Both the position numbers and the translations under genes were made by a program. The notes under the pieces were generated by a model, which searched no databases, was not told where the DNA came from, and worked only from the letters and a program-made list of their open reading frames with translations. 64,000 bases of DNA from Dehalococcoidia bacterium (GTDB lineage: Bacteria; Chloroflexota; Dehalococcoidia; Lucifugimonadales; UBA826): assembly GCA_045564655.1 (NCBI GenBank), contig JBJLGX010000020.1, positions 3,864 to 67,863 of the forward strand, in the 5' to 3' direction. Below are positions 26,218-34,483 of this stretch, one piece after another (position 1 is the first letter of the stretch; every line of letters begins with the position of its first letter).

Positions 26218-27477
26218 ATTTTTAAAATACCCAGGATTCAAACTTTAGATTCTTTTGTTCATCGCAATTATAGATTCATATGGAGTGCAAATTTTTGCGC
26301 TAATACGGCTCAATGGCTGCAGCTTTTAACTTTAGGTTGGCTTGTAAAAGAACTGACAGAAGGTTCTGGTAACTCTGCATTATTAATTGTAGGAGTTATA
26401 GGAGTTGTGTCGCTTCCAGGAATATTTGTAGCTCCGCTCGGAGGGGTTCTAGGAGATAAACTAAATCGACGACATGTCGTTATGGTTTTAGCATCAGTGA
26501 TGTGTGTAAGTGCGTTCTCTTTTGCCTGGATATATGAATTAGGTTATATGACTATATGGCACGTATATGCATATGCGTTTTTAGCAGGCACTTGCGAATC
26601 TATTGCAATGCCTATCAGGCAAGCTTTGATTTCAAATACTGTCCCTCGTGAATACTTAAGTAATGCGTTCACGACCAGTGTGCTAACTTTTCCTATGACT
26701 AGGATGGTGGGACCATTTATAGGAGGGATATTAGCTTCAAATGTTGGTTTTTTTTGGAATTTCAATTTAGAAGCTTTTTTATATATGTCATTACTTATAC
26801 TTATAATGTTAATGGCAACACCTTTTACAAGTCATAATGCTGAAGAGCATATGTATAGTGATTTTAGTGTTAAAGTTTTTTTTGTTGATCTTATTGATGG
26901 ATTTAAATATTTATTTAATCAACAAAGAGTCTTATTTAAAATTATGATATTGTCCTTAACTCCAAATGTTATTACTTTCCCTTTATTGTTTTTATTGCCA
27001 GTATTCACTTCAGAAATTTTGAAGGAAGGCCCTGATTGGGGAGGATATTTATTATCAATTAATGGCTTTGGAGGGATGATTTCGATATTAGGGTTTTCTG
27101 CTTTTGGATTTCCTGATAAAAGAGGACTTCTATGTATCATCTCTGCTTTGTTAACAGGTGTATTGACGTTGTTTTTTGGATTAATTAACTGGTTGCCTCT
27201 TGCATTTTTGTTAATTGTTTTATTCGGAACAGCTGTCTCAACATTCAGAACAGCTAATGGTGTTTTAATTCAGACTCTTGTAGACGATAGGTACAGAGTA
27301 AGGGCGCATAGTTTTTATAGATTTATCATGAGTTTTGTTGTCATATCTAGTTTTATTATTGGAAGACTTATTGATGTGACTTCTTTACAATTGGTTCTTG
27401 TTGGAATGGGAGTGCTATCTATCATAATGTCTGTCTGCTATTTAATTTTTTCATCCAGTGTTAGAAATCAGCCATAG
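26218..27477 (+). CDS. MFS transporter (EntS/MFS_3-like) with no canonical start codon for its conserved N-terminus; putative ATT start
   Basis: The frame is open from 26203. It encodes ...SFVHRNYRFIWSANFCANTAQWLQLLTLGWLVKELTEGS (the typical TM1 region) upstream of the track GTG 26407. There is no ATG/GTG/TTG in frame between 26203 and 26406. ATT 26218 has AAGGGA 7 nt upstream. Confidence 0.6.
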   Translation: MFKIPRIQTLDSFVHRNYRFIWSANFCANTAQWLQLLTLGWLVKELTEGSGNSALLIVGVIGVVSLPGIFVAPLGGVLGDKLNRRHVVMVLASVMCVSAFSFAWIYELGYMTIWHVYAYAFLAGTCESIAMPIRQALISNTVPREYLSNAFTTSVLTFPMTRMVGPFIGGILASNVGFFWNFNLEAFLYMSLLILIMLMATPFTSHNAEEHMYSDFSVKVFFVDLIDGFKYLFNQQRVLFKIMILSLTPNVITFPLLFLLPVFTSEILKEGPDWGGYLLSINGFGGMISILGFSAFGFPDKRGLLCIISALLTGVLTLFFGLINWLPLAFLLIVLFGTAVSTFRTANGVLIQTLVDDRYRVRAHSFYRFIMSFVVISSFIIGRLIDVTSLQLVLVGMGVLSIIMSVCYLIFSSSVRNQP

Positions 27478-27478
27478 A

Positions 27479-29149
27479 TTATTTATCATCATATTTATGA
27501 AAATACGATGACGAATAATATGATGATAAATCATGTGCGTGAGGCAATCGCATGCTTGGGTCCCAAGTGTGAGGAGGTATAGGCCAAGATGCTACATAAT
27601 GGCTATTGCTCCAATCCGTATATTTTTTAATCATCATTTTAACTCGATCTTTTTCGGCATTGGCTAAATTGTGTAACTCTGTTCTGTCCTCCGACATGTT
27701 ATACAATTCCCATCCTGATCCAACTTCACTTACGAGCTTCCACTCGTTTTCACGCATTGCTCTATTGCCTTCATGTTCCCAAAACAATGGCAAGGGTCTT
27801 TTCCACTCCTCATTTTCTAAGATATTTAAGAAACTATGGCCTTCGATAGGCGGTATAGTATTATCGTTAACCGTTTTAGGGTATTTAGAATTGGATATCT
27901 CGTATATTGTTGCCGGTATGTCAGTTATATGGGTAGGAGTATGCACTATCTCTGAAGTTTTAATCATTTTAGGCCAAGAAACAATAAACGGAGTTGAGAT
28001 CGCTCCTTCATGAGTATATCTTTTAAATAATCTAAAAGGAGAATTGCTTGCATTTGCCCACGCTAAGTCATAACTCATAAAAGTGCCTGCGGGTCCTGGA
28101 TCAATACTGGTTATATTTCCTACTTTTGTTGGTCTTCCGTCTTTTGTTGGCGCAGAGTAAGGAAATTTATCGGGAGCTCCTCCGTCTTCTGCTAGGAATT
28201 CTGCACATCCTCCGTTATCGGATAAAAACATAATAACGGTATTTTCCTCAATATTTAGAGACTTTAATTTATTTAAAATGCGTCCGATTCCCTGGTCCAT
28301 GCGATCGACCATTGCTGAATATACAGACATTCTTAGGTCTTCCCACTCTTTATTTTTCTCATTTTCCCATGCATCGGCAGAGCTATCTCTAGGGGAAATG
28401 TCCCACTTATTCTCAAGCATTTTTAAGCCTTTTAATTCTTCATGCCTGTTTTTTCTTAGTTGATCCCATCCGTTTAGATAAGTTCCTTTATATTTTTCTA
28501 TATCCTCTTCTATTGCATGTAATGGCCAGTGTGGAGCGGTATATGTAACGTGCAAGAAGAAAGGGGAGTCTTTACTTGCTGCATCGTCTATCATTGAAAC
28601 AGCATTATCACTTATGGCATCGGTCATATAAAAATTTTCATTATCAGGTTCGATGAATTTATCATCTTCCATTAAAGCTTTTGGGTTGAAATAATCTGCT
28701 GCTCCGGCAACGGTGCCATAAAATTTATCAAATCCTCTTTGTGTTGGTAGAGGATGTTCTGGATTACCTGCAGTTTCTTCCCAAGAATTTCTATCTAATA
28801 AGTTATAACCCCCACCGACATGCCATTTACCTGACATGTATGTACTATATCCAGACTGTTTTAATACTTCAGGTATTGTTGCGCAGTTTTCATTTAGATA
28901 TCCTTGGTGTGAAGGTATTCCCAAATTACCAGTCATATGCCCTACACCTGTTTGATGTGGGTGTAACCCCGTTAGCATTGCCGCTCTTGAAGGGCAACAA
29001 CGCGCATAATTGTACATTTGAGAAAACCTTAAACCCTTATTTGCAAGAGAGTCTAAGTTTGGAGTTTTTATTTCTGAGCCGTAACATCCAATATCTGAAT
29101 ATCCCATGTCATCCGCTAAAATAAGTATGAAGTTAGGGTTACTTGGCAT
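27479..29149 (-). CDS. Arylsulfatase (Cys-type, formylglycine-dependent)
   Basis: ILILADDMGYSDIGCYG and the FGly motif CCPSRAAMLTG, plus GKWH and LSDNGG. Confidence 0.9.
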   Translation of the reverse strand: MPSNPNFILILADDMGYSDIGCYGSEIKTPNLDSLANKGLRFSQMYNYARCCPSRAAMLTGLHPHQTGVGHMTGNLGIPSHQGYLNENCATIPEVLKQSGYSTYMSGKWHVGGGYNLLDRNSWEETAGNPEHPLPTQRGFDKFYGTVAGAADYFNPKALMEDDKFIEPDNENFYMTDAISDNAVSMIDDAASKDSPFFLHVTYTAPHWPLHAIEEDIEKYKGTYLNGWDQLRKNRHEELKGLKMLENKWDISPRDSSADAWENEKNKEWEDLRMSVYSAMVDRMDQGIGRILNKLKSLNIEENTVIMFLSDNGGCAEFLAEDGGAPDKFPYSAPTKDGRPTKVGNITSIDPGPAGTFMSYDLAWANASNSPFRLFKRYTHEGAISTPFIVSWPKMIKTSEIVHTPTHITDIPATIYEISNSKYPKTVNDNTIPPIEGHSFLNILENEEWKRPLPLFWEHEGNRAMRENEWKLVSEVGSGWELYNMSEDRTELHNLANAEKDRVKMMIKKYTDWSNSHYVASWPIPPHTWDPSMRLPHAHDLSSYYSSSYFHKYDDK

Positions 29150-29251
29150 AGTTTCCTCTTTTTTAATTGTAAAATTTGCTAGATTGAATTTTTTTAATGT
29201 TCTATTATTAATGAATATGTATTCATGTAATTCACTGGCGCTAAATTTATC

Positions 29252-30562
29252 TTGAGTTCTTTAATTCAGTCAAGTTCCACCACTTTATCACACGCCTTAA
29301 AAGGTAAGCTATTTTATGGATGGTATTTGTGTCTTCTTTTTGGTGTGATTTTGTGGATTGGAACTAGCCCATTATTTCACGCGATGGGTATATGGGCAGT
29401 TGCACTAGAAAGATCATTTGGATGGACTAGGTTCCAGTTGTCACTTGCCTTATCTTTTACGCGTATAGAGGGAGGCATATTAGGACCTATAGAAGGCTAT
29501 CTAGTTGATAAATATGGCGTTCGTAGGATGGTTTTTATCGGATTGTTAACTACTGGATTAGGATGGGTGCTTTTTAGTCAGGTTAATAATCTTTTGACCT
29601 TTTATTTTGCGTATTTGGTTATTTCATTTGGTCAGGGTATTGGGGGATGGCTTGCATTAAATACTTTGATAACCAATTGGTTTTCCAAGAACAGATCTTT
29701 GGCAATAGGTTTTGCAAATTCATTTGCTAGAGTTGGCCCTATGGCTATTGTACCTATACTTGCTTGGTTAATTGACCCAGATGTTTCTAGTCGTCCCGGG
29801 TGGAGCATTACCGCTTTGGTATTAGGAATATTTGTCATAATTATGTCTTTTCCTTTAACTAGATTGATAAGGAATAAACCTGAGGAATATGGGATATTGC
29901 CATATGGGGATGCAGATAAAGATGGCAAACCAAATAAATCAGCGAATGCGTCAATTGACTTCACAGTTCGGGAAGCCTTAAAAACTAGGGCCTTTTGGTT
30001 AATAAGTTTAGGGCACGGGTTAACAGCTATGGTACTCGTAACATTTATGCTTCATTTAGCTCCAATGATGACCGATAAATCATATTCGCTCCAAACCGCA
30101 TCGTTTGTAGTGACTGCTTACACGGGAGTGACTATGGTATTTCAGGTGATAGGAGGATACATAGGTGACAAAATCCGTAAAAATGTTGCACTCATGTTGT
30201 TTAGTATGTGTTTAACAATTGCTGTTCTTGTATTAGTTTTAGGCCCAACATCACTTTTTGTTGCTTACATATTTGCAGCTTTATTTGGTATTGGGTTTGG
30301 AGGCAGGAATCCTTTAGCATCTTCTATTAGAGGAGATTATTTTGGAAGAGCTAATTTCGGGAAAATTATGGGAGTAGGGGCACTACCTATGAATTTTATG
30401 ATGGTTATAGGTCCGTTATTTGCTGGATACATGAGAGATGTAACGGGGAGCTATTCGGTAGGGTTTCTGGGATTGGCAGTTTGTGCTTTCTTAGGATCAA
30501 TACTTTTCTTATTTGCAACTAGGCCACCTGACCCTATTCGTACAAATAAATTCCGTGCTTAA
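29252..30562 (+). CDS. MFS transporter (OFA/MCT-like)
   Basis: 12 TM segments with a LVDKYGVRR loop. TTG start. Confidence 0.8.
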   Translation: MSSLIQSSSTTLSHALKGKLFYGWYLCLLFGVILWIGTSPLFHAMGIWAVALERSFGWTRFQLSLALSFTRIEGGILGPIEGYLVDKYGVRRMVFIGLLTTGLGWVLFSQVNNLLTFYFAYLVISFGQGIGGWLALNTLITNWFSKNRSLAIGFANSFARVGPMAIVPILAWLIDPDVSSRPGWSITALVLGIFVIIMSFPLTRLIRNKPEEYGILPYGDADKDGKPNKSANASIDFTVREALKTRAFWLISLGHGLTAMVLVTFMLHLAPMMTDKSYSLQTASFVVTAYTGVTMVFQVIGGYIGDKIRKNVALMLFSMCLTIAVLVLVLGPTSLFVAYIFAALFGIGFGGRNPLASSIRGDYFGRANFGKIMGVGALPMNFMMVIGPLFAGYMRDVTGSYSVGFLGLAVCAFLGSILFLFATRPPDPIRTNKFRA

Positions 30563-31605
30563 GTTGTAGATACAGGACTAAAACAAGAAGCAACTAATTC
30601 ATAAGATTTTTTACGGCTTTCAAATGAATAGCAGTTTGAAACAACCCCAATGTCACCTGTCTGATATTTTTCTGCAGCTTTCATTATTCCATCTTTAACC
30701 TGTTCTGGGTTGCCGTCAATCCAACTTTTAGTTTCATACTCCATATATGCTCGGGCATGATCATCTAATGGCCATGCAGCTGCCTCTTCAGGAGGAAGGA
30801 ATCCATTTGTAGATATTCCTAATCTCATAAATATCTTATTTAGGCTTCTTGATAATCCAATAAGTTTTGCTTCTTCTTCAGTAGGTGCACACATTACTTG
30901 TAAACTAACGTTTACTTGAGGTTCATCCAAGTATTCTGAAGCTTTAAAGTTTGATCTATATAATTCGACGATTTGTGGACCATATTCTGATGTGTTTCCA
31001 AAAAAATCTGCGAAACTAAATGGTAGTCCTAGGTCTGCTGCAAGTCTTGCGCTATAATCGCTAGACCCTAAAAGCCATATTTCAGGACTAGATTCCTTTA
31101 TTCCACCAGGGTGTGCCTTTATTCCTGATAAAGGATTTGTTTCTTCTAAGTTACTCTCCAAGAATCCTGCCACATCTTTTATCATTTGAGGATAGTCGCT
31201 CCGTACGTCCATGGTTGGTCTAGGATAAGTTAGAGCAGCAGCGGTCCGAGGATCACTTCCAGGGGCTCTTCCTAGGCCAAGATCAATTCTATTAGGGTAC
31301 AAGGAATCAAGAATGCTAAATTGTTCGGCTACTTTTAATGCTGAATAGTGACTTAGCATTACTCCTCCACTGCCCACTCGTATGGATGTCGTTTTAGCAG
31401 CAATTTGACCAATTAATATTTCAGGGCTCGTTCCAGAAAAAGAACTAGAATTGTGATGCTCAGATACCCAGTAGCGCTCATACCCAATAGATTCAGCAAA
31501 TATTGCTAATTCTATTGATTCTTCAAGAGCGTCTTTGGCTGTACCTCCCTTTCTGACGGGAGATTGATCAACAATACTTAATGTAATTTCGTTAATATTT
31601 ACCAT
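30559..31605 (-). CDS. Luciferase-like flavin-dependent monooxygenase/oxidoreductase (LLM class, group 1/YhbW-like)
   Basis: LSIVDQSP...ERYWVSEHHN...GSGGVMLSHYSALKVAEQF..LD.L.P.RIDLGLGRAPG. Start moved to the Met at 31605 (MVNINEITL). The track's 56-aa N-terminal extension overlaps the divergent gene. Confidence 0.85.
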   Translation of the reverse strand: MVNINEITLSIVDQSPVRKGGTAKDALEESIELAIFAESIGYERYWVSEHHNSSSFSGTSPEILIGQIAAKTTSIRVGSGGVMLSHYSALKVAEQFSILDSLYPNRIDLGLGRAPGSDPRTAAALTYPRPTMDVRSDYPQMIKDVAGFLESNLEETNPLSGIKAHPGGIKESSPEIWLLGSSDYSARLAADLGLPFSFADFFGNTSEYGPQIVELYRSNFKASEYLDEPQVNVSLQVMCAPTEEEAKLIGLSRSLNKIFMRLGISTNGFLPPEEAAAWPLDDHARAYMEYETKSWIDGNPEQVKDGIMKAAEKYQTGDIGVVSNCYSFESRKKSYELVASCFSPVSTT

Positions 31606-31680
31606 CTCTTTAGAAATAATATCAGATATTAGATAATGATAAACTCTCTTTGAGTTTTGTTTTAAATATAAAGGTGTTTT

Positions 31681-32799
31681 ATGAAAATAGTAGATGTAAA
31701 AAGTGAAGTTTTTCAGTGGGAACGCCCAGGAATATGGAATGGAGGACATTTTTATGGTCCTGGCAGGTTGCATAAAGTTACGGTTGAGACAGATGAAGGA
31801 ATAACAGGGTATGGGTGGAATGGGGGTACAGCTGCTGAGAGACCATTGACAGTTTTTCCGCCTTTTGTTGAATATTTTAAGACATTGCTTATTGGAAGAG
31901 ACCCTTTAGATACAAAGGCTATAGCTGACGATTTAGGCCAAAAACTTATTAAGATTTTAGGCCCTGGAGGTGTTAATACACAGGTGTTAGCAGCAATTAA
32001 TATTGCTTGTTGGGATATTAAAGGTAAGGTTTTAGGGAAATCTGTACATCAACTTCTAGGTGGCCATCAAGATCGAATTAAAACATATATTGCAGGCGGA
32101 TATTATGCAGAAGGGAAAGGCTTAAAAGAGCTACAAGAGGAAGTTCTTTTTAATGTTAATGAAATGCATGCAGGTGCTGTCAAAATTAAGATAGGAGATC
32201 CTAAAGAAGGTGTTATTGGAGATATGAAAAGAGTTGAGGCGGCAAGAGATGCGATAGGTGATGATATTGTTTTGATGGTTGATGCAAATTGTGCCTTAGA
32301 CTTAGAAACTTCTTTAGAGTTTGCTACTGAATTGGAGAAATTTGATGTTTTTTGGTTTGAGGAACCAATGCCTATTCATAGATATAAAGAGCATGGGACC
32401 TTAAAAAAGAATTCGAAGGTTAATATAGCAACCGGTGAAAATGGATATCATTTAGCACACTTTGAAACTTTACTAGATCACTCAGGAGCAGATATTTTAA
32501 ATGTAGATGTAACTATTTGCCCAGGATATGACGTTGCTAAAGAAGTAACAGACTTAGCTTTAGACAAAGGAGTTAAGATAGCTCCTCATGGATGCCAAGA
32601 GCTGCAGTTGCCCCTAGCGGCTGCTATACCTCATGGGATATTTCTAGAATATTATCCTGTGGCAGTAGATCCATTGAGGGCAGAAATGTTTTTGCCTAGA
32701 ATGGCACCAGATAATGATGGTTATGTTACTGTGCCTGATCGACCAGGTATTGGATTTGAACTGAATATGGATTTATTGAATAGATATAAAATTGACTAG
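31681..32799 (+). CDS. Enolase-superfamily enzyme (mandelate racemase/muconate lactonizing family), second paralog
   Basis: AINIACWDIKGK, KIKIG, metal ligands MVDANCAL / FWFEEP / ATGENG, and APHG. Confidence 0.85.
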   Translation: MKIVDVKSEVFQWERPGIWNGGHFYGPGRLHKVTVETDEGITGYGWNGGTAAERPLTVFPPFVEYFKTLLIGRDPLDTKAIADDLGQKLIKILGPGGVNTQVLAAINIACWDIKGKVLGKSVHQLLGGHQDRIKTYIAGGYYAEGKGLKELQEEVLFNVNEMHAGAVKIKIGDPKEGVIGDMKRVEAARDAIGDDIVLMVDANCALDLETSLEFATELEKFDVFWFEEPMPIHRYKEHGTLKKNSKVNIATGENGYHLAHFETLLDHSGADILNVDVTICPGYDVAKEVTDLALDKGVKIAPHGCQELQLPLAAAIPHGIFLEYYPVAVDPLRAEMFLPRMAPDNDGYVTVPDRPGIGFELNMDLLNRYKID

Positions 32800-32898
32800 T
32801 GTGATCAGTTTTAAGTCTTTTCAAGCTGATAATGAATATCTAAATATATTCAAAGAAGATAGAATAAGAAATAATGAAAATAACTAATTAGGATACGT

Positions 32899-33255
32899 GT
32901 GTATAAAATGAGTCCGACAAAAGCTAATTTATTAAATTCAGTAACTCTTATTGTCATAGGTTTATGGGGTTACTTGGATGTTACTTCTCCAACTGCTTTA
33001 ATTCCGGTTATTTTTGGAATCATAATCTTGGGATGTGTATTTATATCTAATAAGAAACCTGAATTAAATAAAGTGGTTGCTCATATTGCTGTGGGATTAA
33101 CTCTAATTCTATTATTATCTCTCCTTGGAATGAGGCTACCTAAATCAATTGATACAGGTGGAGTTGGCCTTATACGAGTGTTAATCATGAGTGCAACGTG
33201 TGCTTTGGCTGTAATATTCTTTGTAAAGAGTTTTATTGACGCGAGGAGAAATTAA
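32899..33255 (+). CDS. Small integral membrane protein (4 TM), function unknown
   Basis: Four hydrophobic helices. Start is either GTG 32899 or ATG 32908. Confidence 0.5.
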   Translation: MYKMSPTKANLLNSVTLIVIGLWGYLDVTSPTALIPVIFGIIILGCVFISNKKPELNKVVAHIAVGLTLILLLSLLGMRLPKSIDTGGVGLIRVLIMSATCALAVIFFVKSFIDARRN

Positions 33256-33374
33256 TGGAAGGTAAGCAACAAGATAATTGGTATGACAAGATGTTTATTA
33301 AAGATATTGCGTCATATGCAGGTGCTATAGCTTTTGGGACTATGTTTGGATTAGCTATTTGTAAATTGATTTGA
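33255..33374 (+). CDS. Candidate 39-aa tail-anchored micro-protein, absent from the ORF track
   Basis: The ATG overlaps the upstream stop (TAATG), with GAGGAG 6 nt upstream. Sequence: MEGKQQDNWYDKMFIKDIASYAGAIAFGTMFGLAICKLI*. Confidence 0.35.
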   Translation: MEGKQQDNWYDKMFIKDIASYAGAIAFGTMFGLAICKLI

Positions 33375-33387
33375 GTGTACACTCAAA
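33370..33387. repeat. Perfect 18-bp palindrome between convergent genes (hairpin/terminator or operator)
   Basis: tttgagtgtacactcaaa equals its own reverse complement. It overlaps the stop of the micro-ORF and lies 7 nt from the stop of 33394..34464. Confidence 0.9.
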
Positions 33388-33393
33388 CCTATC

Positions 33394-34464
33394 TTACTTG
33401 AACGGATTAAGCTTTTCTTTGAGGTTATAGTTTTCTATAATTCCAGCTTTTATATTTGCAGATATTGTTTCACCTGCTTTAACTGGATAGGCTGAATCAC
33501 TTTCTGATTGATCTTTACCGCTTTCATGCCAACTTGTACAAGGTTCTAGCCCAGCTGTGTAGCATCTGCCGTACCAAGGATATCCAAATCCGCCGCCAAA
33601 AAGCCTCCAGTATTGTAGATATTGAAATAAATCCTTTGGAAATTCGACTCCCCACGAAAGGTTTAATTCATTGTTAGTTACTGCGTACCAACCTTCTGTT
33701 AAATCTGTTAGGTATGCCATGTCTAAAGACCTATCTGATTTACCTGGAATTACCCTAAGGTCAGATTGAGATCCATTTTGCATGTCCACCATTGGCCATT
33801 TACCAGAAAATCCAGGTTTGAATTTTGATGATTTATCAACTTTTTGAGGGCGGGTAATAACATTACAGTCAGGAACTGTTAACGTACAATTTTCAGCTAA
33901 AAAAGATCCTCCGATAGCAATATGTTCTAGCCAAACTACGTTTAGATCTTCTTCTGCGTAATTAGTTACTTCCTGATTTATTTCTATAAAGGAATCATCT
34001 GATTTCAAAGAGATTGTCTTTTTGATTTCAAATGGGCTTCTTATGCTTCGGCCTGTAAATTCTATTTCACATATTTCAGGAGAATCTGTGATTATCTTTG
34101 TATCCCAAGGAATGTTATTTACATCTCCATGAAGTCCAAAGTCTCCTCCAAAATAAGTTCTAGGATGGCCACCGTGTGGGATGACGGATTGCCATCCACC
34201 TTCATAGAAGTCTAGCCATACTGACGATGCGGTACCGGTTGAAGGAACTGTGAGGGATGGATTTCTAATCCCCCAAGGAGTCTTGAACATAAATTCTGTA
34301 TCCGTTGCTTTATGAACAAAACTTGAGATATCAGCGCCTTTGTCTGAAAGTATCTGTATGCGAATATGTTTATTTTCTAGGATTACAGTTTTTAGCCCGC
34401 GATATTTCCAAGCGTCTGATACTCTTGCCCCATAAACTCTTTCATTTTGATAATTGGTACCCAT
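33394..34464 (-). CDS. Aldose-1-epimerase-like / DUF4432-type (galactose-mutarotase fold) protein
   Basis: ILSDKGADISSF..K.....F..P.G, FYEGGWQ...PHGG, GLHGD: resembles mutarotase-superfamily DUF4432 proteins. Identified from memory, not searched. Confidence 0.5.
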   Translation of the reverse strand: MGTNYQNERVYGARVSDAWKYRGLKTVILENKHIRIQILSDKGADISSFVHKATDTEFMFKTPWGIRNPSLTVPSTGTASSVWLDFYEGGWQSVIPHGGHPRTYFGGDFGLHGDVNNIPWDTKIITDSPEICEIEFTGRSIRSPFEIKKTISLKSDDSFIEINQEVTNYAEEDLNVVWLEHIAIGGSFLAENCTLTVPDCNVITRPQKVDKSSKFKPGFSGKWPMVDMQNGSQSDLRVIPGKSDRSLDMAYLTDLTEGWYAVTNNELNLSWGVEFPKDLFQYLQYWRLFGGGFGYPWYGRCYTAGLEPCTSWHESGKDQSESDSAYPVKAGETISANIKAGIIENYNLKEKLNPFK

Positions 34465-34483
34465 TTTATTCCTGGATAGGATT

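Noticed and set aside
25102..27477. Enolase-MFS fusion by TAG read-through (the two genes share a frame)
   Set aside because: A soluble TIM-barrel enzyme fused to a 12-TM transporter through a stop codon has no precedent I know of. A near-cognate ATT start with a properly spaced AAGGGA is a simpler explanation. The shared frame has a one-in-three chance.
31606..31773. 56-codon N-terminal extension of the luciferase-like monooxygenase
   Set aside because: The extension overlaps the divergent enolase gene start (31681) and has no family similarity. The family-typical N-terminus begins at the Met at 31605 (MVNINEITLSIVDQSP).
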